Shown here piece after piece: positions 38,650-51,124 of a stretch of DNA of 64,000 bases. The stretch is from Carcharhinus amblyrhynchos (taxonomy: Eukaryota), in assembly GCA_965287045.1 (NCBI GenBank), contig OZ336875.1, positions 69,936,001 through 70,000,000 of the forward strand, in the 5' to 3' direction. Every line of letters starts with the position of its first letter. Position 1 is the first letter of the stretch. Position numbers and translations under genes: made by a program. The notes under the pieces are model-generated. The model was not told the DNA's origin. It ran no database searches and saw only the letters and a program-made list of their open reading frames with translations.

Positions 38650-40350
38650 TCTGACAGAGCCTGGGAAGAGGCAGAATTAACAAAATGCAGGACACCTAGC
38701 TGTGATAGATCATTGAAACTAATTTACCAAAATCTGAAACTAGCGTCTTACATTTGAAAAAAGAAACTTGGTGCATACGAAGGGCAAGTTGGCTGAAGTA
38801 GATTGGGAAATTAGATTTAGATTTAAAGATATGATAAATAGGCAGCAGCAAATGTTTAAACAGTTAACACATTATTTACAACAAATACTTCCCTAAGGAA
38901 GAAAACCCTGAGAGCAAACTGGTCTGACATGGCTAACAAATTAAAGATTGTATTAAAAGCAGGAGGTGCATAATGTTGCTGAATGAAATAAAATGTGGGA
39001 CAAAGACTTGGTAGAGACATACAAGGTTCAACAGACATGTAAAAAGGATTAGATTAACCGAAACAAATGTGGGTGTTCTTTGGAGGCAGAAACAGGAGAA
39101 ATTATAATACGGAATAAGGAAATGGTAGACTTCAAACAAACATTCAGTAACATCTTCATGGTAGAAAACACAAAAAGTATCCTGACAGAATGAGAAATGA
39201 TGGGTGCAGTGTAAGAATGAGGACTTAAAGAAATCAGCACTAAAGATATAAAATTACTGGAAGAATGAACTAACAGCTAAAAATTAATTAATGCAACAAA
39301 TGCCCTGGACCTGATGGTCCATATTGAGGCAGCACAATGGTTAGCACTCCATAGACAATGTAGAAAAGCAGGATATTTTTAAAATGATGAAACACTTGGA
39401 AATGTTGGTAGTCAGACTTGGATTACTCTAGTATGAAATCAAAGTTAATATGAAGCTACAGTGAGCAAATAATATGTTAGCCTTTATTACAAATGGATTG
39501 GAATGCAAGAATAAAAAAGTCTTCCTGTAATTGTATAAGTCCTTGGTGAGGCCACATCTGCAGCACTGTAAACAGTTTTGGTCTCATCCAGTAAAGGATA
39601 TATTTGCTGGAGAAGGCATGGGACAAAGATTCAGACTGATACCTGCAACAACATAGTCACACAATGAGATTGAGTTGTCTAGACCTACATTTCCTAGAAT
39701 TTAAATGAAAAGTGATCCCACTGAAAATTATGGCATTTTTGAGCGGACAGACAGGGCAGATGCTGGGAGAATCGTTTGTCCTGGTTGAGGTGCCTGGAAC
39801 TGGGGCTCATATTTACATTAAGGGGTCAGTTATTTTAGATTGCCATAATTTTCATCATTTTAAAAATATTCTGCTTTTCTACATTGTCTACAGAGTGCTA
39901 ACCACTGTGCTGCCATGCCGCCTCAATATGGACCATCAGGTCCAGGGCATTTGTTGCATTAATTTTTAGCTGTTAGTTCATTCCTCCAGTAACGTTATAT
40001 CTTTAGTACTGATTTCTTTAAGTCCTCATTCTTATACTGCACCCATGATTTCTCATTCTGTCAGGCTATTTTTTGTGTTTTCTACCATGAAGATGTTACT
40101 GAATGTTTGTTTGAAGTCTACCATTTCCTTATTCCATATTATAATTTCTCCTGTTTGCAACTCATAGGGTTGCAAATCTTTGGAATTCCAACCCCAGAGA
40201 ACAGTAAATGCTCCATGAATACATTTGCATGAGACTCCAGTAGATTTTGGATTCCAAAAGGAATCAGATATGGGGATAGTGTGTGAAGATGTATATGAGG
40301 TAGAAAATTATCTTATTGATTGGCAGAGCAGGCTCAGAAGTTTCGAATGA
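38650..40350 (+). mobile_element. Old, internally deleted CR1 carrying an inverted duplication
   Basis: ccctggacctgatgg (PGPDG), ttggtgaggccacatctg, tctttggaattc and 3' UTR motifs. Confidence 0.75.
39090..40156. repeat. Inverted repeat: arms 39090-39392 and 39850-40156, 457-bp spacer
   Basis: Arms align as reverse complements along their length, e.g. aatggtagacttcaaacaaacattcagtaacatcttcatggtagaaaacac vs gtgttttctaccatgaagatgttactgaatgtttgtttgaagtctaccatt. Confidence 0.93.
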
Positions 40351-43269
40351 CCTTCTGCCTTTTTTAAAAATTGGTTTATTTTACATGTTGTACTCACAAT
40401 ACATATGCAAACACAAGGTCTTTTCTCAGAAATTGTGCCGGTTGATTTAGAAATGGATTGCCTCAATCTACAATTATCACAACTGAATTTGGTATGAAAG
40501 CATGGTTTTGTCTATGAATATAGAAGATATTGGAGGGGTAGGGCACAACATTTGGCCACTTATGGCCTCACTGCAGTACTGAAACTCTTCAATTGCATCA
40601 CTAACATCTTGCATGATTCGCCCAGGCAGTTTGGGTAACTAACTGTCATAAAATATCTTGATCTGGACAAGGTTAATAATGCAGACTTGTCATCAGGCTT
40701 ATTCAGCATATCAGGGTTGGCATGCTATGGGAAAAGCTGCACTCTAGCTAATGTGTTTGACTATCATGCCAGTGCACTTTTTGCCTGATACCCTCGACTC
40801 AAGCAGATTGCACTATCAGATATATTCCTCATGTTCTACAGCTGAAAAGTTCTGTGAACACATTCTAATTTTAGAAGGGTAAGCTGTACTGCTGTCAGTT
40901 TAATATCCCACTTCGGACCTGTATATGAAATTATGGCTGTCTCTGCTGTGCTTTCTGATACAAGAAAATACTTGCTTGAAAATTTATGATTTTGATAATA
41001 TTCCCATCTCAACTTCTGCACTCAGCCAGTGTCCTACAGTTCAACCCCAATTTAATTTGTTTCACACGGTTCAGAAATATTGCAGAGGGTATTTTGAACA
41101 GTTAAACATTTAAGTAACAGACACACAAAACTAACAGGGTTTGGTTGAAGACAAAAGCTTTCAATCCCTTGCTGCATTTTATCATGCAATCCCAGCCATC
41201 CCTTTTTTTTATTACATATCTTAAATTGTTTCAAACGTGGCTTTGAGTATAGCCGCATTTATTTCCTGAATGAGCCCAAATCTTGGTTAAAAATCTTGGT
41301 GGGAGATGTGGAGCAGAGATATGCCAAGAAAAAATATACCATTCTTTATAATAAAAAGTACTCCAAACAAGCCTGGTGAAGCTAGCAGGAAGATCAAGTA
41401 AAGCATCATTCTAAGTTACACATATAGATCCCAACTTTTACTCCCCCAATTGTGCTGGATTCACATATCTCCACAAAGCTCTATATTTGGCCTCAGCACT
41501 CTTATCAAGGGACAGAATGTATGGGGAAATTGTCTTTGGCCCCTGTTCCTGAGCATTACTCAGAAGAGCTGCAGAAAAATGCATTCATGAGAACAGAGAG
41601 TTCAGGACAAGAGAAAAAGACAAGCTTCAGCCACATCCTGTAGTTAATGGCCTGCTGATAGTCACTGAATCACATGTGAAGAACAGTCACTGGGGTGAGG
41701 TACCGAAGGCTCTGAACAGGAATCAATGCATTTTTGGGAGGCAGGCAGAGTCAGGGAAAATGGGAAATGCATCAACTCTCACCACTTGGGCTCAGTATTG
41801 TCTGAGTGGTAGGCACAGTTTTCCCTGCAATAAATCAAATAGCCTCTGTTCTGTATCCAAAATCAGGTGAACTGCAGAGCACTACTTTGGATCCCATCAC
41901 TGAAAGGCACAGCTTATTGGAGCTACAATACCCCTGCGCTACCATATCTGGTCATTTGTTTTTGAGGAGAAAATTAACAGCACAAAAATCTACCTGCTGA
42001 GATTGTGTGCAGCAAGTAAAATGATTGTATCTTCTTGTTGGCTAAAGTATCAAAATTAAGTTCACCATAGGCCACTAGCAGTCAAGAACCATTAACAGCA
42101 GTTACATCTCTTCATTAAAAGTACCTCGAGGGACCAAATATCTTTTGGCACCCTCTTCATTTTTACACATACTCCACAGTTCAGCAAGAGACATTCTGCT
42201 CAACATCACGTGTCACGAAGATGACTGCCTGATGAACCATTACTTTTTCTATTATCTTGGGCACTGCAAATGTGTCTCTACTGAAAGATTATCATAAAGG
42301 ACCTAAGATTGGAAAAAGCAGAAAGAACACTCGGTCAATTTCGAAGTAATTAGGTGACACTAAAGTCAGCTTTATACTGAAAAGAGGAAGGGAAGGCTGG
42401 TTTGAAGAAGCATCATTCCATTATCATATCACAAAGCAATATATTGAAAATTGCACCATCACCTTGCTGCCTGTGCTGTACACCATTGGTCATGTTCTTT
42501 CAGATCTTGCCAAACCATATTCAGGTTTTCCAAACATGTAAGGATGTTGCTTCTTCAATTATGATTAAAATGTTTCATACTGCATCAGTTCAAAGCAACC
42601 AGGAAACTGAACACAATCGAGGAATTGATTTATAATTTCAAACAAATGACTACATCTCAAATGTTAAAAGAATGCAAGCCATGTCACAGCAGTCAAAAAC
42701 TCCGGAGGTAATATCAAGCTGCAACTTCATCTTCTGTGCCTTTATTTGTTGTGCAAGGGATCTGGTTAGTGTTTGACAAGAAGCAACTTCTAGGTGTACA
42801 CAGAATATAAAACTGCAAACCTGGTGCAAAAGTGGCAATTACTGGGAATTGACAGCACCTATAAAGACAGAGGTGAGATTACAGTTTTCAGTGTTATCCT
42901 ACAGCAGGAATCAGACTCTGATTAAGTGTCCTGACTCAAAACATGAACCAACTCCACGCCACCCAAAAAAAAATTTTCTTCCATTGCCAACTCAGTTTTA
43001 AAAAGCATCTGGACTGAACTTGAATCATGTCTGATTCCCAACCAAAACAGCCACTGTTAATTTCTTTGCTTGTTCACTGGCCTTTGAGATGCTTAGGCAT
43101 CTTTATGTATGAATGTCATGAAAATGGAAGTTTTGTTGTATAGAGATTGTCTTCATATAAAGAAGACCGACCTTTTGCTTTGGTCAGCAATGTTGTCATC
43201 TTGCGTAAGATCCAGCCAAGAAGTATTTACTTCTTGGACTTTCAAAGGATCCCAGTTTTTAATAGAATA

Positions 43270-43995
43270 AAATGAGATGAGGCCATTTGGCCCATCATAC
43301 CCATTACTTACCTTCAATCTGCTTCTGGTCACCAAACAAACATTCTCCCGCTAGAAACCATTTCACCTTATGTACATCAAAATATTTCATTATTTTGAGT
43401 ACCTCAAATTGTACTTAAAACCTTCATTGCTAAGGAGAACAATGCCAGATTCTTGATTCTTGTGATATGAACTGATGTCCTGCATCCTTGATACCATATC
43501 AGTAAATTTCTCTGCATCTTAGCCAAGTGAATCTTTGAGACTTATAACCTGAATTAGCCTTGATATATTAGCTGAGGTCTAACCAGTGATCTTAAAAGTT
43601 GTCAACATGGATCCTGTATATCCTCTTACCAGCCTTCCCAATCCATTGTGATACCTTCAAAGACACTTTCCTGTTCACACTGTACCATAACATTTTCTTG
43701 CAGCTAAAACACTTCCCCACATTATATTCAATCCATTTGTGTTGATGTCATCAGTGTGTCACTGCCCTCCAGAAGTCTGTTGTTTTCCTCCTTAATTTTC
43801 ACTACATTTGACTTTTATACAATGTTTGAACATTGAAATTATGCTCTGCTTACTCTATTCCAGTTCTTTAATATAATTGCCAAAGGTGGTCTTTACACTA
43901 ACTAACTTACTTCGGAAAATGCCCCTGCATATTTCCCTACAGCCTGAAAACCAACTACTCTCTGCCTTTTGTTCCACACATTCACTGTCCCTTTA
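43270..43995 (-). mobile_element. Very old CR1 remnant
   Basis: gaggccatttggcccatc tail, taaatttctctgcatc, gaggtctaaccagtg. Confidence 0.55.
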
Positions 43996-45418
43996 ATCCC
44001 AGTGGTTTCAGTATGATTTGCAGGGTTGTTAATTGGGATCATCCCATTTCAACAATGACCATTACTGATTGACAGCCACAGAATTTGCTTTGACCTACTA
44101 CCTTGAAGACAGAAATAAGAGGTATCACAAAGGCTGCAGACAACTGGGCAATGTGTCAAAGATTAGGTAATGGACATCAAAATCCTGGTTCTTGGGATGA
44201 GCTTTGAGACGGACCTGAAGAAAGGGGGAGTAAAGTATGGACTTTATCTAGAGACGGGGTCATCAACGGTGGGGCAAAGGGCAGGCAGTGCACAAAGTAA
44301 AGGGATGAACACCTGAAGGGATTTGGGAAGAGATGTAGAGATTGATAGCAGGTAGTGATCATGAAAGATGAAACTTTAAAAGATGCATAAACACTAACAG
44401 GTGTAGATTTTTAACTTCAGCAGCTTCAAGGAACCAGAAGTTTACGTCAAGCAGCAAGGATATGGGCGCTCAGCAAGTTTGATGTGTAACTGAGTACAGT
44501 AACCATGCATACCAGAATGGCTGTCAACTTACGCTGAGAATCCCAAGCACTATTATTGGTTGTAAAAAGACATGGATGATGAATTGGACCATAATTGATT
44601 GCAGGGGGCATGGGATGCTGTGGCTGAGCAGTGCAATTGGTGCAGGGAATAGAAATAGGCGGGGTTTCTAATCAGTGCTAGCCTGGTCTGCCGGAACATA
44701 TTTGTGTGCATACACGTACGTGCACAGACATGGAAGGCAACAGTTCAAGCTGAGCTCTGATATCACAATACTCACCAATGTACAACACCCAGCTTGACAA
44801 TACATCGAAAGGGCCAAACATTTATGATATGACAGTGCAACCAAGACAAGGGAGAAAATGGTTGTTTTAAGAGACTTTCTCTAATTCGTATCCCTTGTTC
44901 ATTAATAGAGAAACAAAGCTAATCAATTTTGTGTATTTAAAGGATAATTACTTGCATGCAGTTCTGTTTTCCCGAGATTCAAAATTCATGAAGTAACATT
45001 GCTGATCACACCATATACACTGTGATAATTTGTAGATGGTCCAAAAGAGATCATGAAAAGCAGGTAAAGCTGAGAGGTGATTTTTTGACACTAACTTTAG
45101 TGAAGAGTCAGCTCAGATTGCATTTAAGTGCAGACACGTGTGGAATTTTAAATTATAGATATAATAGAGTTTAAGCTGGATCAGTATAACAGAAAAAAAA
45201 CCAGGACTATAGTCTGTTCCTTAAAAGAAATTAAAAGGCTCCAAGGGCTGAAAGTTGCAAAATTCTGAATGGCAGATAATCTTCCCACAAAGTGCAAACT
45301 GTCACACTGTCTCTGGAAAAATGACAGTTCAAAACACACCAATAGACGTGTTAGCATATACTGGGACAGCTGGTAGAGGAGAAATCATGCACAAAAGACA
45401 GATATTGTTGAAGGTGTC

Positions 45419-45498
45419 TCAGATAGCTGGATGCTTTCCCTTCACAGATGACAGAGAATTGATGGCTCCTTCGGAGATCTCACATATTGACCCATGGA
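45419..45498 (-). CDS. Candidate short alternative terminal or poison exon of CNOT4 (VHGSICEISEGAINSLSSVKGKHPAI*)
   Basis: Acceptor ctagttttttgcttgcag|TCCATGG. Phase-1 join gives 26 aa then TGA. Non-repetitive context. Confidence 0.3.
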
Positions 45499-45796
45499 CT
45501 GCAAGCAAAAAACTAGTGGTACCTGACCTTAAATCTGGAGTGATTTAATTGAATTGCAGATTCAAATTGGAATGCCCCTCTGCTTGCCACAAGAAAAATT
45601 AAAAATGGGGAGAATATCAGTACTCATTTGGTTTCTGCTCAAAACAGTACAGGTTTTGCTAAGTAGCTAATGAAAAAGACTGTAAATCTCAGTTTGCCCA
45701 GTAGTGAAACATTATTGTTGGCCTCAATACACTGAACTATGGAAATTAAATCGGTTCAGAGTTTTGATAACTATTCAGTGACTTTTGTTGATGAGT

Positions 45797-46030
45797 TGTG
45801 GGTTTCCTCCAGGTACTCAGGTTTCCTCCCACAGTCCAAAGATGTGCGGGTTAGGTAGATTGGCTGTGCTAAGAAATAGCCCCTTAGTATCCAGGGATGC
45901 GGAGGTTAGAGGGATGAGTGGGTATAATATGTAGGGATATGGGGGTAGGGCCTGGGTGGGCTTGTGTTCAGTGCAGACTCGATGGGCCAAAGGGCCTCTT
46001 TCTGCATTGTAGGGTTTTATGATTCTATGA
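45797..46030 (+). mobile_element. HE1/V-type SINE, 5'-truncated
   Basis: gtgggtttcctcc...cccacagtccaaagatgtgcgggttagg...gcagactcgatgggcc...atgattctatga. Confidence 0.88.
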
Positions 46031-46579
46031 GCTTAGTTTATGAGCCAGCTGGCAGCAAAATGGGGTTTGGCAAAGATACCTCAAGAATCCCACAGTCACT
46101 CACCTACTCTAGCTCATACCAAGCTCTAACATCTGAAGCATTTCCAGTACACAAGGAACCATAACCATAGTCAAACTTCAAAGGGCAGGAGAGGAGAAAA
46201 ATGGGACAAAAATAAAAACTCCAACCCAAGTGGTATTAGGGCACCAATAAACACAGTCAGCAGAACACACACCTTGGAGAAATGGGACATGGGATAAAAG
46301 GAGGAAGAAAGCAGGGGGTAAACCATTGCATTCCACAACAATTCAGAATTTCACTGCCGAGTTTTCAGTTTCTTGCAGGGGAACAAAAACAGGATTCCTC
46401 ATCAGTAAAAGACCAACACTGACCAAGTTTCACCTCTTTTCCAGAAAGAAATCCACCACTTTCCTATTCTCAACCTGTCAGGTCTTAAACATTTCTTTAT
46501 TAGCAGTTACAGCCCACTGGAATTTCAAAGCATCGCTCAACTCTGAATCGGTAGCACCCTCTTGTGGACACAGCCAGCA

Positions 46580-46797
46580 TCAGTTTGCTAAAATAATAAA
46601 TAGTGCAACTGTGGGGACTATCCCAATCAGCCGCTGTAATCTTGGTCTTGATGCAATCTGGATTACCACTGAGGTCATGCAGCTGATAGGGGGAGTTGTT
46701 GTTTCCTCCCAGAGGAAGTCTGAATCACAGTGGATGACTTTCAGAAATGTGCAATGCAAATAGCTCAGCAGAAAGGGCAGTGCTAAAGCAGTCACTC
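46580..46797 (-). CDS. Candidate alternative terminal exon of CNOT4 (72 aa, GVTALALPFLLSYLHC...LIGIVPTVALFIILAN*)
   Basis: Pyrimidine-rich acceptor ttcctgttgcccccttgtattgttag|GAGTG. Open in the phase left by exon 47937-48434. AATAAA at 46496-46501 (minus). No transcript evidence. Confidence 0.45.
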
Positions 46798-47936
46798 CTA
46801 ACAATACAAGGGGGCAACAGGAACTAGAAAGGTATGAAATGCCAAACTTGCCTATAAGTACTGTTTTGCTGACCCTTTCAAAAACATATGTTATCTAGAT
46901 ACTCATAGCAGTTTAAAAGAACAATCTGGCTGATCACAACAGTTTTCTTGCAGGTATGACTAACATGCCACTACTTTTAGTTCCTCCAAAATTCAAAAGG
47001 GACAGAAATACCCTGTTTGCAGGTTCCTGTTCTTTCACTTAATGGCATAGAATGCCAACAATACTTGTATGATCTTCAATAGACACACCAGGTACCAACT
47101 AATTAACTTACCACCATGCGATGTACAATATTTAACATTACAAAACTATACAAGATTGATACATACAGCATCACTAGACAAAAAGTCAGGTTACTCTGCT
47201 ACACAACTTGCTGTAGGTTTTCTTCAGAATTAAAGGTTCCTACTTTAAAGCTGGTTGCAAGTATTCCAGAGAAGATACAATGGAAAAGATCAAATAGGCC
47301 ATGAGATATATTGAGTACATCCACACAACCCACAATCAACATGCACACAGAAATCTTAAATTTGCAGAAATTGGAGTTCTGGGTTAAACAGTTGGTGGAA
47401 AAGGTAAAATAGTTTTAAGCTGTAACTTCACACTTGGGTACAGGCCCGGAGTCTAACCACTCTTCAAGTACAAGTAATCATGCTTCACAGGTGGGCAGAC
47501 ACAGACCCAGCCTGAGATTGTCAAGCTTTATCCTATTCTCACTGGGTAGTGATGAGTAAATGGGTGTTTCTCTCTTTGTAGCCCTTAGGTAGTGAAGTTG
47601 CTTGTAACACACTTACCGCCAACCCTAAGCTTGGGTAGACCAGGAATCCAATTTTGAAATTTCGCTGTGCAGCTCAGTTATTTGCTGCGATTTCCAGCTG
47701 AGCCGCTGAGAAAGCCTTGAATGCTGTGAGAATTGGGACCTTCATCAATGGAAATGATGCAAGAGAGAGATCACACATACCCAATCATCACAAATTCCAA
47801 CTTTAGGGTGCACGCTCCCAACAATTCCTCATTCCTCTAAACCCAAGTCCAGTTGAAGGTGCTTCAATACATATATTTGAAAAACAATGGTTCAGCAATT
47901 TGGTAAACTGAGATAAATCCATCAGTCAGCACCTAC

Positions 47937-48434
47937 CTGATATAGGAATTCCACCAAGTCCTGTACTGTGGGGTGGTATATTTAAGTCCAAGAAATTACT
48001 GTTCGAGGTGGGTGTTGCTGTGTGGTTCAAGTGCATCATGCTATTGTGAGGATAGGCCATCCATGGGTACCGTGCCTGACCCGGAAAACTGAATGAGTTG
48101 TAGACAGCTCTGTGCTGAAAAGCTGGGAACCTCCGTGGTAATATGGAGTTGGGGAAAGAGTTGCCTATGGAGTTGGCTGTTGTGGCAGCAGAAGGGGTCA
48201 AGAAGCCACCAATGCCTTTATTTGCAGTTTGCGGAGGAATCTGTAGTGAGGTGGGAGATGTGAGGCCCGTGTTGGAAGGCTGGTCCTGGACAGAGAGTTC
48301 TTTTTCTATCAGGTCTGCTAAGGCTTTCCTGGTGATGTCGAACGGGTCGAAACCCAGATCATCCTCTTGCTGTTTGGAGGAGCCAAATCCAAAAGCTGCT
48401 TGCCAATCTGTTGATGAGGATACTGGGATTGTTT
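47937..48434 (-). CDS. CNOT4: CNOT4 internal coding exon (498 bp), ETIPVSSSTDWQAAFGFGSSKQQEDDLGFDPFDITRKALADLIEKELSVQ...TGLGGIPIS
   Basis: Acceptor tttcag|AAACAATC, donor TCAG|gtaggt. Phase 1-1, open throughout. Closely matches the recalled human CNOT4 C-terminal region. Confidence 0.97.
48286..48366 (-). other. CNOT4: CAF40(CNOT9)-binding motif of NOT4, EDDLGFDPFDITRKALADLIEKELSVQ
   Basis: Translation of the exon. Matches the metazoan NOT4 CAF40-binding motif (human EDDLGFDPFDVTRKALADLIEKELSVQ, from memory). Confidence 0.85.
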
Positions 48435-49167
48435 CTGAAATTTATTGAAGGAAACAAGAGAAATGAGTAAATGTTTCTGTTAGCAAATGTGCACAACTAA
48501 GTCAAACACACAAGCTAATAATGTGCAATGAATGCCAACAATTCCCTGTCCATTTTTTTTCCAGTATCAAAATGAGTGATGAGAAGCTACAGGTGTGGGA
48601 ACTTAGTGGGAGGAGCAGTTTAAAAAGTGTCCCTTCAGCAGATCCGACAATAAATATAGTACGAAGACGCTGATTACACAGGAGGAATACAGTCATGAGA
48701 TCAAATCCGACAAAACATCTTCTTGGAACTACTGAGGCGTTTTCAGCTCTTCCTTTCCCACCTCCCTCCTGATTAGTACAGACTGAAGTGGAGAGGAAAA
48801 TAAGGTTTGACCATCAATCACTCTATGCTGGGGAATATTTTCACTGAGCTTCAAACATGAAAATAACAGAAGGGAGCCACTGCTTCCTTTTTTCATGCAA
48901 TAATTCAGGGAAGGATGACATACAAGCAGGCTGCTCACATTCCACAGTTATCCGTAGAACATTTCAAATGTACGCACTTAAACTCATCTATCATGGAGTC
49001 AGTCATGTGGCAAGTTGGTGTAAAAACTAATTGTCACATGGAAACAACACACACAAAGTCAATATTTTAACTTATCTCACATACTACTGTAAACTGCATG
49101 CAAGAGGACAATACCCAAGTCACCAAAAGGTCATCAGCTCAGGGCTGATGAGTCTGAACAACTCAAT

Positions 49168-49378
49168 GTTAAGCAACATTTCACTTGCACCTCTTCCAAT
49201 TTGGTAGATTGTAAACTGGAGGAACAGCATCTCATGTTCTGGATAGGCATGTTACAGCCTCCTGGTCTCGACATCAAATTCAACAACTTCAAATTGTTTG
49301 CTCAACCCTACCTCGGCCCCCTTTGTTTTCATTCCATTTTATTTAATTTTCCACTGTTTTCTTTTATTTCCTTTATTT
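49168..49378 (+). mobile_element. Penelope-like fragment, near-copy of 51756-51950
   Basis: gttaagcaacatttcacttgcacctcttccaatttgg...caaattcaacaacttcaaat...ctttgttttcatt is present in both. Confidence 0.82.
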
Positions 49379-50145
49379 AAGATCAAGGTCACACACAGTA
49401 ATTAGCTGAGGCAGTAACTGTTCCATCACCAATGGCTTTTACCTTGAATCTCAAAAACTCTTTACTAAAGACCAGTTATTATTCAATAATATTGATGAAA
49501 GGTAATTTATTTTAATTAGATCTTAAGAGTTGCATCATCTGCTGCCTGTTTCCCAGGACCAGGAAGAAATACTCTCAAGTCATCTGGTTACATTGCAATA
49601 AGATCAGCTTATAAATCAGCTTAAAGTGGTGTCTTTGATTGAAAGCTGTTTGAGGCCTGTGAAGAACAATGTAGAGAAACTGCTTGGACTTGCAGCAGAC
49701 AAGGCAGATGGGACAACAGAAATATTCTCTGATGGAATTTTAATGGCGAGTTTAGTATCATCAGAGTGCAGTCAAATGTATAGAAGCTTCGCTGCCAACA
49801 ATCATTACCAAAAGTGCCTTGAAAGCCAGTACTAGTATAGTCAGGTAGCTGTGTTAAGCTGTGCCTAAAGCGAACAGCAGTTGAGAGTTTAGAAAAGCTA
49901 GAATTCTCATGTATGGAACATAAATATCTGTGTTAAACCACCCATTTTACCTAAATTAGCTCTACTGGTTTCAGACCATGGTTTATTACGATTGTTTATC
50001 CACTCAGTATTAACTTTGTACAAAGCAGAAACTGCACTTCAAAAGTAATGGTTTAATGACTTTCAAGTGCTTTGGAACACTGAAGTTGATGAAAAGTACT
50101 ACATAAACACAACTTCTCTTTCACCACTACAGGATGGTTCATGCG

Positions 50146-50435
50146 ATTTTGATTTGATTTATTATTGTCACACGTGTTAGCATACAGTGAAGAGTATTGT
50201 TTCTTGCGCACTAGACAGACAAAGCACACCGTTCATACAGAAGGAAGAAGTGAGAGAGTGCAGAATGTGGTATTACAGTCATAGCTGAGGTGTAGAGAAA
50301 GATCAACTTAGTGCAAGGCAGGTCCATTCAAAAGCCTGACAGGGAAGAAGCTGTTGAGTCAATTGGTATGTGACCTCACACTTTTATCTTTTTCCTGACG
50401 GAGGAAGGTGAAAGAACGTCATGGCATGGGATGGA
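50146..50435 (-). mobile_element. Rex1/Babar-like LINE 3' end
   Basis: Reverse strand ends ...gtgacaataataaatcaaatcaaa, preceded by cttcctccgtcagga and aacagcttcttccc, typical of Rex1 3' ends (recalled). Confidence 0.65.
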
Positions 50436-50569
50436 TTCCAGGAGCAGAAGTACAGCATAAGGAGATGGTTACAGAGTTTGCTGCAGTTTATCCAACATTG
50501 GCAGGAAGATGATGCTCGAGGTAGGATGAATTGCCAGGTGCATGCGACAGACAGCTGGAGATGCTGAAT

Positions 50570-50606
50570 GGGGGTGGGTGGGGGGGGGGGGGGGGGGGGG
50601 GGGGGG
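50570..50606. repeat. Poly-G tract (G27 preceded by GGGGGTGGGT)
   Basis: Direct observation. Confidence 0.95.
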
Positions 50607-51124
50607 ACTGACTTCATCAAAATCCTTCAAAGAAAAAAACCTATCAATTCTATATGTCGCAATACAGGTAGTTGATGCAATGTCCTCAAGGAGACTACTA
50701 ATGAGCAATAAATGCTGCCGCACATCAAATTCTAACAACATATGATGGAAAAACAAAGATCTCTTTCAAAGACCAAGTTGTGAATTTCCCTATTCTACAA
50801 ATAGTCGCATGAAATCTTTTGCGACCAAACCCAACAGATCTTAACCAAAAATGTAACACCCCATCAGGACTGCACTGAGCTGACCTATGTTATATGCTTA
50901 TTAAAGCTGTCTCATAGGAAAAAGAAGTGGTGCTGCAAGTTTAACCAATATTCTACCCAAATAGAGATGCTTAATGCTGAATGCCCAATATGGAAAAAAT
51001 AGGCTTGTTGTTGGAGACAAGCATCTTTCAGCTTGTGTAGAAAATTAAAAAAAATTTTTAAAAATGGATGTTAACTTGATCATCAAAACCACTCAAAGTA
51101 TTTGAATAATTTTCCAGACCTCAA

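Noticed and set aside
47611-47616. Consensus donor GCG|GTAAGT on the minus strand
   Set aside because: Lies in an old SINE-like remnant and I found no matching acceptor or frame.
47926-47936. Read-through of the exon donor giving GRC*
   Set aside because: Only three residues and no supporting signal; expected by chance.
48143-48448. Plus-strand 101-aa ORF (and 19311-19550)
   Set aside because: Antisense shadows of real CNOT4 exons.
49131-49156. Hairpin tcatcagc/gctgatga with adjacent TGATGA and CTGA (snoRNA or hammerhead-like)
   Set aside because: Boxes are only 2 nt apart and no stem II plus GAAA follows; consistent with chance.
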